From Armatimonadota bacterium (GTDB lineage Bacteria > Armatimonadota > UBA5829 > DTLH01), in contig JBBRAE010000004.1 in NCBI GenBank assembly GCA_038207085.1, forward strand, positions 107,361-171,360: a stretch of 64,000 nt of DNA, read 5' to 3'. A program made the position numbers and the translations under genes. Positions 47,946-58,148 of this stretch are shown here, piece after piece (position 1 is the stretch's first letter; every line of letters begins with the position of its first letter). Below the pieces are notes generated by a model. That model was not told the origin of the DNA and made no database searches. It was given only the letters and a program-made list of their open reading frames with translations.

Positions 47946-49613
47946 ATGCTGACACACATACAAATCAAAAATTTTGCACTGATAGACGACCTCAGCGTGG
48001 AGCTTGACGGCGGGTTCAACGTGCTTACCGGCGAGACGGGCGCGGGCAAGTCGATTATTATCGACGCGATCACGACCGTGCTCGGCGGTCGCGCGTCGTC
48101 TGAGTTTATACGCACGGGCGCTGATCGTGCGTCGGTCGAAGCGGTTTTTGACATATCAGGCGATGAGCGCGCGTGCGCCCGGGCGGAGGAACTCGGTTTT
48201 GAGTGCGAGGACGGCGCGCTTCTGCTCTCGCGCGAGATCACGACTGCGGGCAAGAGCCAGTGCCGGGTGAACGGCCGGATTTCGACGCTTTCGATGATGA
48301 AAGATCTCACAAGCGGCCTGCTCGATATCCACGGCCAGCACGAGCACCAGTCGCTCCTTGGCGCTGAGACGCACATCGATATTTTGGACCGCTGGCTCGG
48401 CGCCGACGCAACGACTCTTCGCGCCCACTGTGAGGAGCTCTACGGCGAGCTTAGGACGGTTCGCGGTGAGCTTGAGCGCCTGAAGCGCGACCAACGCGAG
48501 CGCGCCCGAATGCTCGACCTCTACGAGTTCCAGCGAACCGAGATCGACGCGGCGCAGCTTGTCGCAGGCGAGGACGAGGAGCTCGCAGCCGAGCGCAGCC
48601 GTCTCGCAAATGCCGAAAAACTCTACGAACTCGCAGGCGAGGTCTACGACGGCCTGAACGGTTCAACCGAGCTTACTGGCGCGGTCGATCTGATCTCTGC
48701 TGCAGTCACGAGCTTGCGCTCTATGGCCGCGATCGACGAGTCGCTTGCCCAGACGCTTGCCGACCTCGAAACGGCGCTCTACTCAGCCGAGCAGGCGCAG
48801 GACGGCGTGCGGGAGTATCGCGATGACATCGAGTTCAACCCGACGCGCCTTGAGGCCGTCGAAGAGCGTATCGACCTGATCCGCACGCTTCGGCGCAAGT
48901 ACGGCGACTCGATAGAAGAAATCGTCGCCTACGGAAGCGAGCTTGCAAAGAAGATCAACGACCTGACGCACAGCGAGGAGCGCACCGCCGAGCTCGGCCA
49001 GAAGATCGAGCGGGTGGAGGACGAGCTTATGGGCGTCGCCCGCAGACTGCGGGATGTGCGAAAGAGCGGCGCGGCGAAGTTCTCGTCACACGTCGAGAGC
49101 CAGCTTGCCGAGCTTGCGATGGGGAGCACCAAGTTTGAAGTTGCGTTCGAGGACGCCCAGCCAAGCGCCAAGGGAATAGATATAGTCGAGTTCGTCATCT
49201 CGCCGAACCCTGGTGAGCCCTTGAAGCCGCTTGCAAAAATCGCATCCGGCGGCGAGCTCTCGCGCCTGATGCTCGCGCTAAAGACCGTTATGGCCGGAAG
49301 CGACCGCGTCCCGACGCTTATTTTCGACGAGATCGACACCGGAATAGGCGGACGCACGGCTCAAGTATTGGGCGAAAAGCTCGCGGCGGTAGGTAGAAGC
49401 GCCCAAGTGCTCTGTGTCACGCACCTGGCACAGATCGCCAGCCGCGCCGACGTTCAGTTCTCGGTCCAAAAACTGGTCGAGGGCAGCCGCACCGTCGTCC
49501 GCCTCGACCGAGTAGAAGGCGAATCCAGAGTAGAAGAACTAGCCCGAATGCTAGGCGGCGCGGAAGACAGCCGAGCCGCCCTGGAGCACGCCCGAGAAAT
49601 GCTCGGCCCATAA
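47946..49613 (+). CDS. recN: DNA repair protein RecN
   Basis: TGETGAGKS, IHGQHE, IASGGELSR, FDEID motifs. Confidence 0.97.
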   Translation: MLTHIQIKNFALIDDLSVELDGGFNVLTGETGAGKSIIIDAITTVLGGRASSEFIRTGADRASVEAVFDISGDERACARAEELGFECEDGALLLSREITTAGKSQCRVNGRISTLSMMKDLTSGLLDIHGQHEHQSLLGAETHIDILDRWLGADATTLRAHCEELYGELRTVRGELERLKRDQRERARMLDLYEFQRTEIDAAQLVAGEDEELAAERSRLANAEKLYELAGEVYDGLNGSTELTGAVDLISAAVTSLRSMAAIDESLAQTLADLETALYSAEQAQDGVREYRDDIEFNPTRLEAVEERIDLIRTLRRKYGDSIEEIVAYGSELAKKINDLTHSEERTAELGQKIERVEDELMGVARRLRDVRKSGAAKFSSHVESQLAELAMGSTKFEVAFEDAQPSAKGIDIVEFVISPNPGEPLKPLAKIASGGELSRLMLALKTVMAGSDRVPTLIFDEIDTGIGGRTAQVLGEKLAAVGRSAQVLCVTHLAQIASRADVQFSVQKLVEGSRTVVRLDRVEGESRVEELARMLGGAEDSRAALEHAREMLGP

Positions 49614-49632
49614 GTACATTTGCAATGCTCAC

Positions 49633-49829
49633 GTAGGGGCGGACCAATGTGTCCGCCCTTCTCGGGCGACGGAGGATTTCTGGGCACGTGCTCCGAAAGA
49701 GGGCAGACACATTGGTCTGCCCCTACTAATACGTGCAGACACATTGGTCTGCCCCTACTAATACGCGCAGATACATTGGTCTGTCCCTACTAATACATGC
49801 AGACACGTTGGTCTGCCATACGAATACAT
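49633..49829. repeat. GTAG-type REP cluster: one forward REP plus four tandem inverted 32-bp units
   Basis: GTAGGGGCGGACCAATGTGTCCGCCC at 49633; units GCAGACACATTGGTCTGCCCCTACTAATACGT at 49703, 49735, 49767, 49799. Confidence 0.9.
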
Positions 49830-49836
49830 ATACATA

Positions 49837-50997
49837 ATGATCAACAAAATAGCAGGCACAATCAGGTTGGACAAGCGCACAAAGAAACTTGCCCAGAGGC
49901 TAAAACCCGGAGAGATCGCGCTGATCGACCATGAGGATATCGACTCGGTCTCGGCGCAGATGCTGATCGAGTGCCGTGTGGCTGCGGTCATAAACGCGAG
50001 CAAGTCCACCTCGGGGCGCTACCCCAACATCGGCCCGAAGATGCTCCTTGACGCGGGGATTCCCGTGCTCGACAACGTCGGCAAGGGCTCGTTTTCGGTC
50101 GTTGAGGAGGGTGGGGAGGTCCAGATCACCGGCTGTGAGCTCAGAAGCAACGGGAGCGTGCTCTGCTCTGGCGAGGTGCTTACCCGCGAGGCGCTGAGGC
50201 TCGCCCACATCGAGGCCAAGCAGAACCTCGACGTAGAGCTTGAACGCTTCGCCGAAAACACCCTGACCTATGTAAAGAAAGAAAAATCACTTTTGCTCGA
50301 TGCGACCGTGCTCCCGAGCGTCTCGACCCGCTTCGACGGCAAGCACGTTTTGATCGTAGTGCGCGGGGCTGACTACAAAGAGGATCTCGCGGGGCTGCGC
50401 GCCTACATCACGGAGATGAAACCCGTCCTGGTGGCGGTCGACGGCGGTGCTGACGCGCTTCTTGAGCAGGGATATCAGCCCGCTATGATCGTTGGTGACA
50501 TGGACAGCATAAGCGATCGCGCGCTAAAATGTGGTGCGGAGATCGTCGTCCACATCTACACCGACGACCGTGTTCCCCCCGGCGTCAGCCGTCTGATAGA
50601 GCTTGGAATCGACTACAAGACCGCCGCCGTCCCAGGCACAAGCGAGGACGTGGCGATGCTTCTTGCCTACGAGACCGGCGCGGAGCTGATCGTCGCGGTC
50701 GGCACGCATTCCAACCTTGTGGATTTTCTCGACAAGGGCCGAAAGGGCATGTCGAGCACGTTTCTTGTGCGCCTGAAGGTCGGCTCAAAACTGGTCGACG
50801 CCCGTGGGGCGGGTAAGCTCTACCGAGCGCAGCCCAAGCTCCGTTATGCGGGGGTGCTCGCGCTTGCGGCGGTTGCGGCGCTTCTCGCGATCCTCGCTAT
50901 GTCGCCCGCGCTTCGGAACCGTATGCAGCTTTCTACAATCGAATGGAAGTCGCGATTTTGGGACCTTTGGGTCCAGCTAAGACTTTGGGAGAGGTAA
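49837..50997 (+). CDS. steA: Putative cytokinetic ring protein SteA (thiamine pyrophosphokinase-like domain)
   Basis: DKRTKKL..RL.PG.IA.IDHEDID, SGRYPN.GP, VDGGADAL, FLDKGR.GMSSTFL.RLKVG; follows recN. Confidence 0.85.
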   Translation: MINKIAGTIRLDKRTKKLAQRLKPGEIALIDHEDIDSVSAQMLIECRVAAVINASKSTSGRYPNIGPKMLLDAGIPVLDNVGKGSFSVVEEGGEVQITGCELRSNGSVLCSGEVLTREALRLAHIEAKQNLDVELERFAENTLTYVKKEKSLLLDATVLPSVSTRFDGKHVLIVVRGADYKEDLAGLRAYITEMKPVLVAVDGGADALLEQGYQPAMIVGDMDSISDRALKCGAEIVVHIYTDDRVPPGVSRLIELGIDYKTAAVPGTSEDVAMLLAYETGAELIVAVGTHSNLVDFLDKGRKGMSSTFLVRLKVGSKLVDARGAGKLYRAQPKLRYAGVLALAAVAALLAILAMSPALRNRMQLSTIEWKSRFWDLWVQLRLWER

Positions 50998-51001
50998 TAG
51001 G

Positions 51002-51892
51002 TTGATCGATCTTCGCTACCATGTCTACAGCCTGGCGGCTGTGTTCTTTGCGCTTGCCATCGGGATCGTCGTCGGCAGCTCGTTTGTCGGCAAGACGGGT
51101 GACAAGGAGCAGCTTCAGAGGGTCGAGTCTCGCTACGAGCGCGCGCTTGATGACCTGAAAGACGAGGTCTACCGCCAGCGCGACGACATCCGTGCGACCC
51201 GAGTGAGCCTTCGCCGAAGCGAGGACATCTGCGCGAGCATGCTGCCCATCGCGCTTAAGGGTAGGCTCGTCTACCACAACGTAGCGATCGTCGTCACGGG
51301 AGATTACGACAAGTTTATCCCGCAGATCAAGGACGCGCTCCAGTCCGTCGGCGCGAACGTGACAAGCGTCACCCGGGTCTCCGAACTGGTCGATGAGAGC
51401 AAGTCCGACGAGCTTGAGACGGCGCTTTCTGATGCAGGAATCGTCTCCAAATCCGGCGAAACCCCCACAGCCACCGTTACGCGAGTCCTCGGCGACGCAA
51501 TCGTCACTGCGGGGCTGCCCGAGCGGCTGTACGAGCTTGAGGACAAGCGCATCGTGAACCTCTCCGGCGACTACAAGCGCTGGAACAAGCACGTCGTGAT
51601 CGTCGGCGGGTCAAGCTCCAAGGACGCCAAGCGCGCGGAGATCCTGGACACGCCTCTCATCAAACGGATGCTGAACCAGGGCGCGGTGGTCGTCGCCTGT
51701 GAGCCGTTTTCGGCCAAGGGTTCATATATCCATGAGTGGAAGCGCCTCGATATCGCGACCGTCGACAACGTCGACAGCCCGTCGGGCCTGGTCTCGCTGA
51801 TATGCGCGCTTTCGGGCGAGGTCGCAAACTTTGGTGTGAAGTCGACCGCCGACCGCCAGGTCCCAGAGACCGTCGGAGGCGTGAGGCCGTGA
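51002..51892 (+). CDS. SteB/MctB-like (DUF3186, 'copper transporter') protein
   Basis: MIDLRYHVYSLAAVFFALAIGIVVG, coiled coil, ATVDNVD..G motifs. Confidence 0.85.
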   Translation: MIDLRYHVYSLAAVFFALAIGIVVGSSFVGKTGDKEQLQRVESRYERALDDLKDEVYRQRDDIRATRVSLRRSEDICASMLPIALKGRLVYHNVAIVVTGDYDKFIPQIKDALQSVGANVTSVTRVSELVDESKSDELETALSDAGIVSKSGETPTATVTRVLGDAIVTAGLPERLYELEDKRIVNLSGDYKRWNKHVVIVGGSSSKDAKRAEILDTPLIKRMLNQGAVVVACEPFSAKGSYIHEWKRLDIATVDNVDSPSGLVSLICALSGEVANFGVKSTADRQVPETVGGVRP

Positions 51893-52596
51893 GAGTTGCC
51901 GCCCTGATCCCTGCCTACAACGAAGCCGACCGCATCGCCGGGACGATAGAGGCCGTGCGCGAGATCGCCGGGATAACGGAGATCGTCGTGATCGACGACG
52001 GCTCCAGTGACGCCACAAGCGACGAGGCCAAAAACGCAGGCGCGGACCGGGTCGTTCGTCTCGACTCAAACTCAGGCAAAGGCGCGGCGCTCGCCGCAGG
52101 GCTCAGCGCGACCGACACCGAAGTAATTATAATGCTGGACGCCGACCTCGGCCGCTCAGCTGGCCCCGCGAGCGCGCTATTAGCTCCCGTCATTGAGGAC
52201 AGGGCCGACATGACCGTCGCAGTGTTTCCCAAAGTCGCAGGCTCGGGAGGCCTCGGTTTCGCAGTTGGCCTCGCGGCGTGGGGGATAAAAAAGTTTACGG
52301 GGCAGAGCGTGCAGGCTCCGCTTTCGGGCCAGAGAGCGCTTCGCCGGGAGATAATAGACCGGATGCGCGGCTTTGACCCTGGGTTTGGGGTCGAAACAGG
52401 CCTTACGATAGACGCGCTTCGAATGGGTTATCGCATGCTTGAGGTCCCGGTCGAGCTTACTCACCGCCACACGGGAAAAAATCTACGGGGTTTTTTGCAC
52501 CGCGGACACCAGTTCAAGGACATCGCCCGCGCACTTTTTGTGCGTGCAATCGGCCTGCGAAAGCCCCTGGCCAAGAAGGCGACCTCCAAGATATGA
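51889..52596 (+). CDS. Glycosyltransferase family 2
   Basis: IPAYNE, DDGSSD, GKGAA, LDAD, PLSGQRA, FGVE motifs. Confidence 0.9.
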   Translation: MRVAALIPAYNEADRIAGTIEAVREIAGITEIVVIDDGSSDATSDEAKNAGADRVVRLDSNSGKGAALAAGLSATDTEVIIMLDADLGRSAGPASALLAPVIEDRADMTVAVFPKVAGSGGLGFAVGLAAWGIKKFTGQSVQAPLSGQRALRREIIDRMRGFDPGFGVETGLTIDALRMGYRMLEVPVELTHRHTGKNLRGFLHRGHQFKDIARALFVRAIGLRKPLAKKATSKI

Positions 52597-53408
52597 TACA
52601 ATATATAGTAGGCGCTGTGGTAGGCGTTGCGATGTCGATCGTGATATCCGGCGCAATACGCCGCTTTGGCTGGGTGAAAGAGAACTTTCGCAAGGAGAAT
52701 ATCCCTGCGGTCTTTGGGCTGCATATCGTCGCGTGGGGTGCGGTCGCGTGTTTTCTCGCGAGGTATCAGGCGATCGGCTCAGACCCTGCGGCGAGGCTGT
52801 ATTTGGTCGGTATACTCGGCTTTGGCCTGCTCGGGCTCGCCGACGATGTCTTTGGCAGCCGCGAGGTCGGTGGCTTCAAGGGCCACTTCGAAAAACTAAT
52901 TTTTGAGCGAAAGCTCACGACAGGCGCTGCAAAAGCGCTTGGCGGCGGCTTGATCGCGCTTTACCTTGGGTGGAGAGCATCGGGCGGCGCGCTTGTTCCG
53001 TGGGCGCTTAGCACGATGGTGATCGCGCTTGCCGCAAACACCATCAACCTGCTCGATCTGCGTCCAGGGCGGGCGATATTTTCGTTTTTTGTGTGCATGG
53101 TCGCAGTGGTCGCCGCGGCTCTTGGTAGCCTGTCGGCTCCGTTCGTTCTTGCGGGCGTTGTGGTCGCGACCGCGGCCGTCGCATACTTTGACAGCACGGC
53201 CCGCGCGATGCTCGGAGACGTCGGCTCAAACGCGCTTGGAGCGGTCGTCGGCATAACAATTGCGATTGACGGCTCGATTCTCGCCAAAGCCGTCGCCGTA
53301 TCGATATTTCTGATAATAAACGCTTACTCGGAGCGTCGGTCGATAACCAAGCTCATCGCTGGGAACCGCGCGCTTAGCTACATAGACTCGAAGTTGGGAG
53401 TGAGATAG
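52593..53408 (+). CDS. MraY/WecA-like (glycosyl transferase family 4) membrane protein
   Basis: LG..DD, N.INLLDLRPGRA, MLGD.GSN.LG motifs. Confidence 0.8.
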   Translation: MIQYIVGAVVGVAMSIVISGAIRRFGWVKENFRKENIPAVFGLHIVAWGAVACFLARYQAIGSDPAARLYLVGILGFGLLGLADDVFGSREVGGFKGHFEKLIFERKLTTGAAKALGGGLIALYLGWRASGGALVPWALSTMVIALAANTINLLDLRPGRAIFSFFVCMVAVVAAALGSLSAPFVLAGVVVATAAVAYFDSTARAMLGDVGSNALGAVVGITIAIDGSILAKAVAVSIFLIINAYSERRSITKLIAGNRALSYIDSKLGVR

Positions 53409-53410
53409 AC

Positions 53411-53614
53411 TTGCCGTTAATCAAGATCGACAAAGATCTCTGCAAGGGATGCGAGCTGTGCGTGCATTTCTGCCCGAAAAAGGTGATCGCGATGTGCGAC
53501 GGTTTCAACTCCAAAGGCCACCGCTTCGCCTGCGTCGTCGAAGACAACGACTGCACCGGCTGCGCGATCTGTGCTAGAATGTGTCCCGATGTGGCAATCG
53601 AGGTTTGGAAGTAG
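53411..53614 (+). CDS. 2x[4Fe-4S] ferredoxin, delta subunit of 2-oxoacid:ferredoxin oxidoreductase
   Basis: CKGCELCVHFCP and CTGCAICARMCPD motifs. Confidence 0.9.
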   Translation: MPLIKIDKDLCKGCELCVHFCPKKVIAMCDGFNSKGHRFACVVEDNDCTGCAICARMCPDVAIEVWK

Positions 53615-53622
53615 GTGTCTTT

Positions 53623-54693
53623 ATGAAAAAGCTTATGAAAGGCAATGAGGCTCTCGTCCGGGGCGCGATCGCTGCCGGGTGCCGTGGGTTTTTCGGCTAT
53701 CCGATCACGCCGCAGAACGAGGTGCCTGAATACATGTCCTACCTGATGCCGCAGGCTGGCGGGGTGTTTATGCAGGCCGAAAGTGAGGTCGCGGCGATCA
53801 ACATGGTCTACGGAGCCGCCGCTGCGGGCGTCCGGGCTATGACGAGCTCGTCCAGCCCTGGGATCAGCCTGAAGCAGGAAGGAATCTCCTACATAGCTGC
53901 AAGCGAACTCCCCTGCGTCATCGCAAACGTGCAGCGCGGAGGCCCGGGCCTCGGCAACATCGCCCCCGGTCAGGCCGACTACTTCCAGGCAGTCAAAGGC
54001 GGCGGTCACGGCGACTATCGCCTGATCGTTCTAGCCCCCTGGTCTGTCGAAGAGATTTTTCACCTAACGGCCCTTGCCTTCGATTTGGCCGACAAGTATC
54101 GCAACCCCGCGCTTATTCTCGCAGACGCGATAATCGGGCAGATGATCGAGCCGATAGACGTGCCAGACCACGTCGAAATCCACGTCCCTGAGAAGCCCTG
54201 GGCGACCAATGGACGCAAGAACCGGCCTCGAAACGTCGTCAACTCGCTTTGGATCAAAGCCGAGGTGATGGAAGAGCTCAACCTCAAGCTCCAGGCCAAG
54301 TATCGCCAGATGGAAGAGAACGAAGTGCGTTACCATGAGCTTATGACCGAGGACGCAGAGCTCGTCATGGTCGCCTACGGAGCAAGCGCGCGGATCTGCC
54401 GAACCGCGATGGAACGCGCCCGCGCTGAAGGCCTGAAAGTCGGTCTCCTCCGCCCGATCAGCCTCTTTCCCTTCCCAATCGCCCCGATCAAACGGCTCGC
54501 AGAAGATGGCAAACGCCTGATGGTCTTTGAGCTCAGCCACGGCCAGATGGTCGAAGACGTCCGCCTCGCCGTAAATGGCCGCACCGAGGTCGGCTTCTAT
54601 GGTCGAAGCGGCGGTGGGGTATACACCCCGACCGAAGTGCTCGGCCAGGTAAAGACCGCCTATGGCACAGAGCTTGCGGAGGTGACGAGATGA
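53623..54693 (+). CDS. vorB: 2-oxoacid:ferredoxin oxidoreductase alpha subunit (VorB-like)
   Basis: KGNEA, GYPITPQ, QAESE, TSSSSPG, RGGPGLG motifs. Confidence 0.88.
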   Translation: MKKLMKGNEALVRGAIAAGCRGFFGYPITPQNEVPEYMSYLMPQAGGVFMQAESEVAAINMVYGAAAAGVRAMTSSSSPGISLKQEGISYIAASELPCVIANVQRGGPGLGNIAPGQADYFQAVKGGGHGDYRLIVLAPWSVEEIFHLTALAFDLADKYRNPALILADAIIGQMIEPIDVPDHVEIHVPEKPWATNGRKNRPRNVVNSLWIKAEVMEELNLKLQAKYRQMEENEVRYHELMTEDAELVMVAYGASARICRTAMERARAEGLKVGLLRPISLFPFPIAPIKRLAEDGKRLMVFELSHGQMVEDVRLAVNGRTEVGFYGRSGGGVYTPTEVLGQVKTAYGTELAEVTR

Positions 54694-55430
54694 CAATGCA
54701 AAAGGTTTTCGAGCGTCCCAAGGCGCTTGTCGATACCCCGTTTGCCTACTGTTCGGGCTGCATGCACAGCATCGTCCACAGGCTGATCGCCGAAGTGATC
54801 GACGAGCTCGGCATCCTCGACCACACCGTAGGCGTATGCCCGGTCGGCTGCGCGGTATTTATGTATGAATATATGGAGTGCGATATGATCGAGGCCGCCC
54901 ACGGGCGTGCCCCTGCCGTCGCGACCGGCGTCAAGCGCGTGCTCCCCGAAAACATAGTCTTCACCTACCAGGGTGACGGCGACCTCGCCGCGATTGGCAC
55001 CGCCGAAACCGTGCACGCCGCAGCTCGGGGCGAGAACATCGCTGTAATCTTTATCAACAACGGCACCTACGGCATGACCGGAGGCCAGATGGCCCCGACG
55101 ACGCTTCTTGGCGAGAAGTCATCCACCTGCCCCACGGGACGAACGACCGCCGCGAACGGCTACCCGATCAGGGTCTGCGAGCTCCTCGCGACCCTCGACG
55201 GCCCGAGCTATCTCACCCGCGTCGCTCCGACCAGCCCCGCAGGCCTCGCCAAGACCAAGGCCGCAATCAAGAAAGCTTTCCAGAACCAGATCGACGGCAA
55301 AGGGTTCTCACTCGTAGAGATACTCTCAAACTGCCCGACACAGTGGAAAATGACCCCTGTTCAATCACTGAAGTGGATAGACGAAGTCGCCGCCGCATAT
55401 TTCCCGCTAGGCGTCTTCAAGGACAAGTGA
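54690..55430 (+). CDS. 2-oxoacid:ferredoxin oxidoreductase beta (TPP-binding) subunit
   Basis: YC.GC.H, HGRAPA, YQGDGD, NN..YGMTGGQ, CPT.W motifs. Confidence 0.92.
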   Translation: MTMQKVFERPKALVDTPFAYCSGCMHSIVHRLIAEVIDELGILDHTVGVCPVGCAVFMYEYMECDMIEAAHGRAPAVATGVKRVLPENIVFTYQGDGDLAAIGTAETVHAAARGENIAVIFINNGTYGMTGGQMAPTTLLGEKSSTCPTGRTTAANGYPIRVCELLATLDGPSYLTRVAPTSPAGLAKTKAAIKKAFQNQIDGKGFSLVEILSNCPTQWKMTPVQSLKWIDEVAAAYFPLGVFKDK

Positions 55431-55478
55431 ATACCGGACCGACGGCGTTATGCGCCACTGGACCAGAGGACAAGTTGT

Positions 55479-57731
55479 ATGTTACAGAAAAACACATCGG
55501 GCGCACCGTGCACCCGTGATACCCGAATAATCCGGCTCGCCGACAACCTCGGCGTGATGACGATAGCTCCCTACGGTGAAAGTATCATCCACGTCGCGAT
55601 TTTCCCGTCCGAGCCGTTTGTGCTTCCCATGTGGGGCGTGACCGCAGCTCCTGACGCATCGGTCAAGGTCGAGATCACCGACACCGAGTCCGGCTACACC
55701 TTCACGCTTCCCAATCTTGAGGCCCAGGTGGATCGTGCAACCGGAAAGGTCAGCTTCAGCGACGCCCGCGGTCGCAGGCTGACCGAGCTAACCGGCTATG
55801 GCTTGAGCCCGGCTGAGGTCTCCGGCGAATCGACGTTCAGGGTGTCCGCCACCTTTGTCGCATCTGACGACGAATCCTACTACGGCCTCGGCCAGCATCA
55901 GTTCGATATGATGGACCAGCGAGGCCGGGCCGTTCGCGTGTGGCACGACTACCACGGCGAGAATGGGGAAGGCGAGAGCATCGGAGTTCCGTTTCTAGTC
56001 ACAAACAAGCACTACGGCGTGATCTTCGACAACCCGTCGCGCACCACCTGCACCCCCGGAGTCGATGCGCAAACCGCATGGACCAGCGAAGTCGGCGACG
56101 CACTGTCGTTCTTTGTGGTTTCCGGCGACACCGCGGACGACATCTATTTTGCCTACCGAACGCTGACCGGCGAGACCCCGATGCCTCCGAAGTCCGCTCT
56201 CGGCTACATCCAGTGCAAACAGCGCTACCGCACGCAGGACGAGATGCTCGCCGTCGCACGCAAACAGCGCGAAAAGGGCTACCCCTGCGACATCTTCGTA
56301 GTCGACTGGGACCACTGGAAGGTCCGCGGCGACCTCGACCTAGACACCGACTATTGGCCCGACGCAGCCGCCATGTGCGCTGAGATGAAGAGCATGAACC
56401 TGCGGGTGATGATGAGCATCTGGCCGCGATTCATGAAAGAATCCAGGCACTACGACGCGCTCGAATCGCGTGGCTGGTTTATGAAAGACGCCGAGGGCAA
56501 CACCGTCTACGGCATTCCCGAGGACCAGCGCGGCGCTGTGATCGACACTACCAACCCCGATGCCGGTGAATACTACTGGAACGCGGTCCGCGAAGGCTAC
56601 GCGACGAAGGGCTTCACCTCCTGGTGGACTGACGAAAACGAGCCTGACGTCTGCCCTTACCCGTTTTACCTCCATGCCGGGACCGGCGCGCGGGTGACCA
56701 ACATCTACCCGCTCACCCACACCCGAGCCGTCTACGAAGGCCATCGCCGCGACATGCCCGAGCGCTGCCTGATACTTTCACGCTCGGCCTATCTCGGCGC
56801 GCAGTCAAACGGCACGACCTTCTGGTCAAGCGACATTTCAGCGACGTGGGACTTCTACCGCAGACAGATCCCCGCAGGTCTCAATTTCTGCGCGACGGGG
56901 TTTGCCTACTGGTCAAGTGACATCGGCGGCTGGCAGCCGCTCCCTGAGAAGCCTGAGAGGGTGCCGGTCAAGGTTCTACTCGACCCCGAGCCCGCGCGCG
57001 AGATCATCGGTCTCCACGACGACTACCCCGAGCTCTACGTCAGATGGTTCCAGTACGGCTCGTTCTGCCCGACGTTCCGCGCCCACGGCACTCGCAAAGA
57101 AAACGAGGTCTGGTCGTTTGGCCCAGAGGCAGAGAAGATTTTGGTCAAATACCTGAAGCTTCGCTACAGGCTGATGCCCTACATCTACTCGCTCGCGCAC
57201 AACAACAACCGCACCGGCGCGCCGTTTATGCGCTCTCTTTGGATGGACTTCCCGAACGATCCAAACGTCCGTGACATTAGAGACCAGTATATGTTCGGCC
57301 CGGCGTTCCTTGTGGCTCCAGTTACCGCCCAGGCCGCCGAGTCCCGCGAGGTATACCTCCCCGCAGGCGCTTCCTGGTACAACTTCTGGACCGGCGAGAT
57401 GTTCGACGGTGGCCGCTCCATAACCGTAGACGCTCCGATCGACACGCTGCCGCTGTTCGTCAAAGCAGGTTCCGTCATCCCTGTGGGTGAAAGCATCCAG
57501 CACACCGACCAGAAGCAGAAGAACATCGAGCTTCACGTCTACCCAGGCGCGGACGCAAGCTTCGACCTCTACGACGACGACGGGACAACCTACGCCTACG
57601 AGCAGGGTGACTTCTCGCTCACATCGATCAAATGGAACAACGCTGCAGGGAAGATCGAGATTACAGGCGACAAAGCAGGCCTGTTCTCGGGTTCTGAGAG
57701 TCAGTGGCTGAAGATAGTCGCCAGGGGCTAG
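55479..57731 (+). CDS. Glycoside hydrolase family 31 (alpha-xylosidase/glucosidase-like)
   Basis: YYGLGQ, WWTDENEP (nucleophile region), WSSDI, ELYVRWFQ, QYMFGP motifs. Confidence 0.92.
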   Translation: MLQKNTSGAPCTRDTRIIRLADNLGVMTIAPYGESIIHVAIFPSEPFVLPMWGVTAAPDASVKVEITDTESGYTFTLPNLEAQVDRATGKVSFSDARGRRLTELTGYGLSPAEVSGESTFRVSATFVASDDESYYGLGQHQFDMMDQRGRAVRVWHDYHGENGEGESIGVPFLVTNKHYGVIFDNPSRTTCTPGVDAQTAWTSEVGDALSFFVVSGDTADDIYFAYRTLTGETPMPPKSALGYIQCKQRYRTQDEMLAVARKQREKGYPCDIFVVDWDHWKVRGDLDLDTDYWPDAAAMCAEMKSMNLRVMMSIWPRFMKESRHYDALESRGWFMKDAEGNTVYGIPEDQRGAVIDTTNPDAGEYYWNAVREGYATKGFTSWWTDENEPDVCPYPFYLHAGTGARVTNIYPLTHTRAVYEGHRRDMPERCLILSRSAYLGAQSNGTTFWSSDISATWDFYRRQIPAGLNFCATGFAYWSSDIGGWQPLPEKPERVPVKVLLDPEPAREIIGLHDDYPELYVRWFQYGSFCPTFRAHGTRKENEVWSFGPEAEKILVKYLKLRYRLMPYIYSLAHNNNRTGAPFMRSLWMDFPNDPNVRDIRDQYMFGPAFLVAPVTAQAAESREVYLPAGASWYNFWTGEMFDGGRSITVDAPIDTLPLFVKAGSVIPVGESIQHTDQKQKNIELHVYPGADASFDLYDDDGTTYAYEQGDFSLTSIKWNNAAGKIEITGDKAGLFSGSESQWLKIVARG

Positions 57732-57771
57732 TAGTTAGCATTAAGAACATTGTTGGGTGGCAATTGACCCA

Positions 57772-58148
57772 CTAGTAGTTAGCAAGGGGATGGACCGGGA
57801 TTTGCAATCCCGGTCCTATCTTTGCGGGTCTGTGACCCGCCAACCAAGCAGTGTTGGGTCTTGTGGTAGATTTTCGCACGACAAGCTTGACCGGCAGCAC
57901 AATCTCTTTCTGTTCTTTTTCCTCGCCCATGATCTGGCGCACCAGGAGTTTTGTTCCTTCGCGCCCGATCTCAAGTAGCGGCAGCCTTACCGTCGTCAGA
58001 ATATTCTCACCAAACTCGTCTGTCACGGCTTCGGTGTCGTCAAACCCGACCAGGCTCATTTGGGGACACTCAGGCCGAACTGAGCCAGCGCCTTGTGCGC
58101 CTGAACCGCGTCCTGATCGTGCCTGTGGATGATCGCGGTGATGCCGGG
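57772..58148 (-). pseudogene. C-terminal fragment of a LacI/GntR-type sugar-binding regulator, frameshifted
   Basis: PGITAII...D.DA...AL..FGLSVP / MSLVGFDD...LTTVRLP..EIG...LPVKLVVRKST across a frameshift near 58059; no HTH. Confidence 0.8.

Noticed and set aside
49703..49829. Possible CRISPR array (32-bp periodic palindromic repeats)
   Set aside because: Units are directly adjacent with near-identical 8-nt linkers, there are no unique spacers or cas genes, and the unit matches a GTAG-type REP
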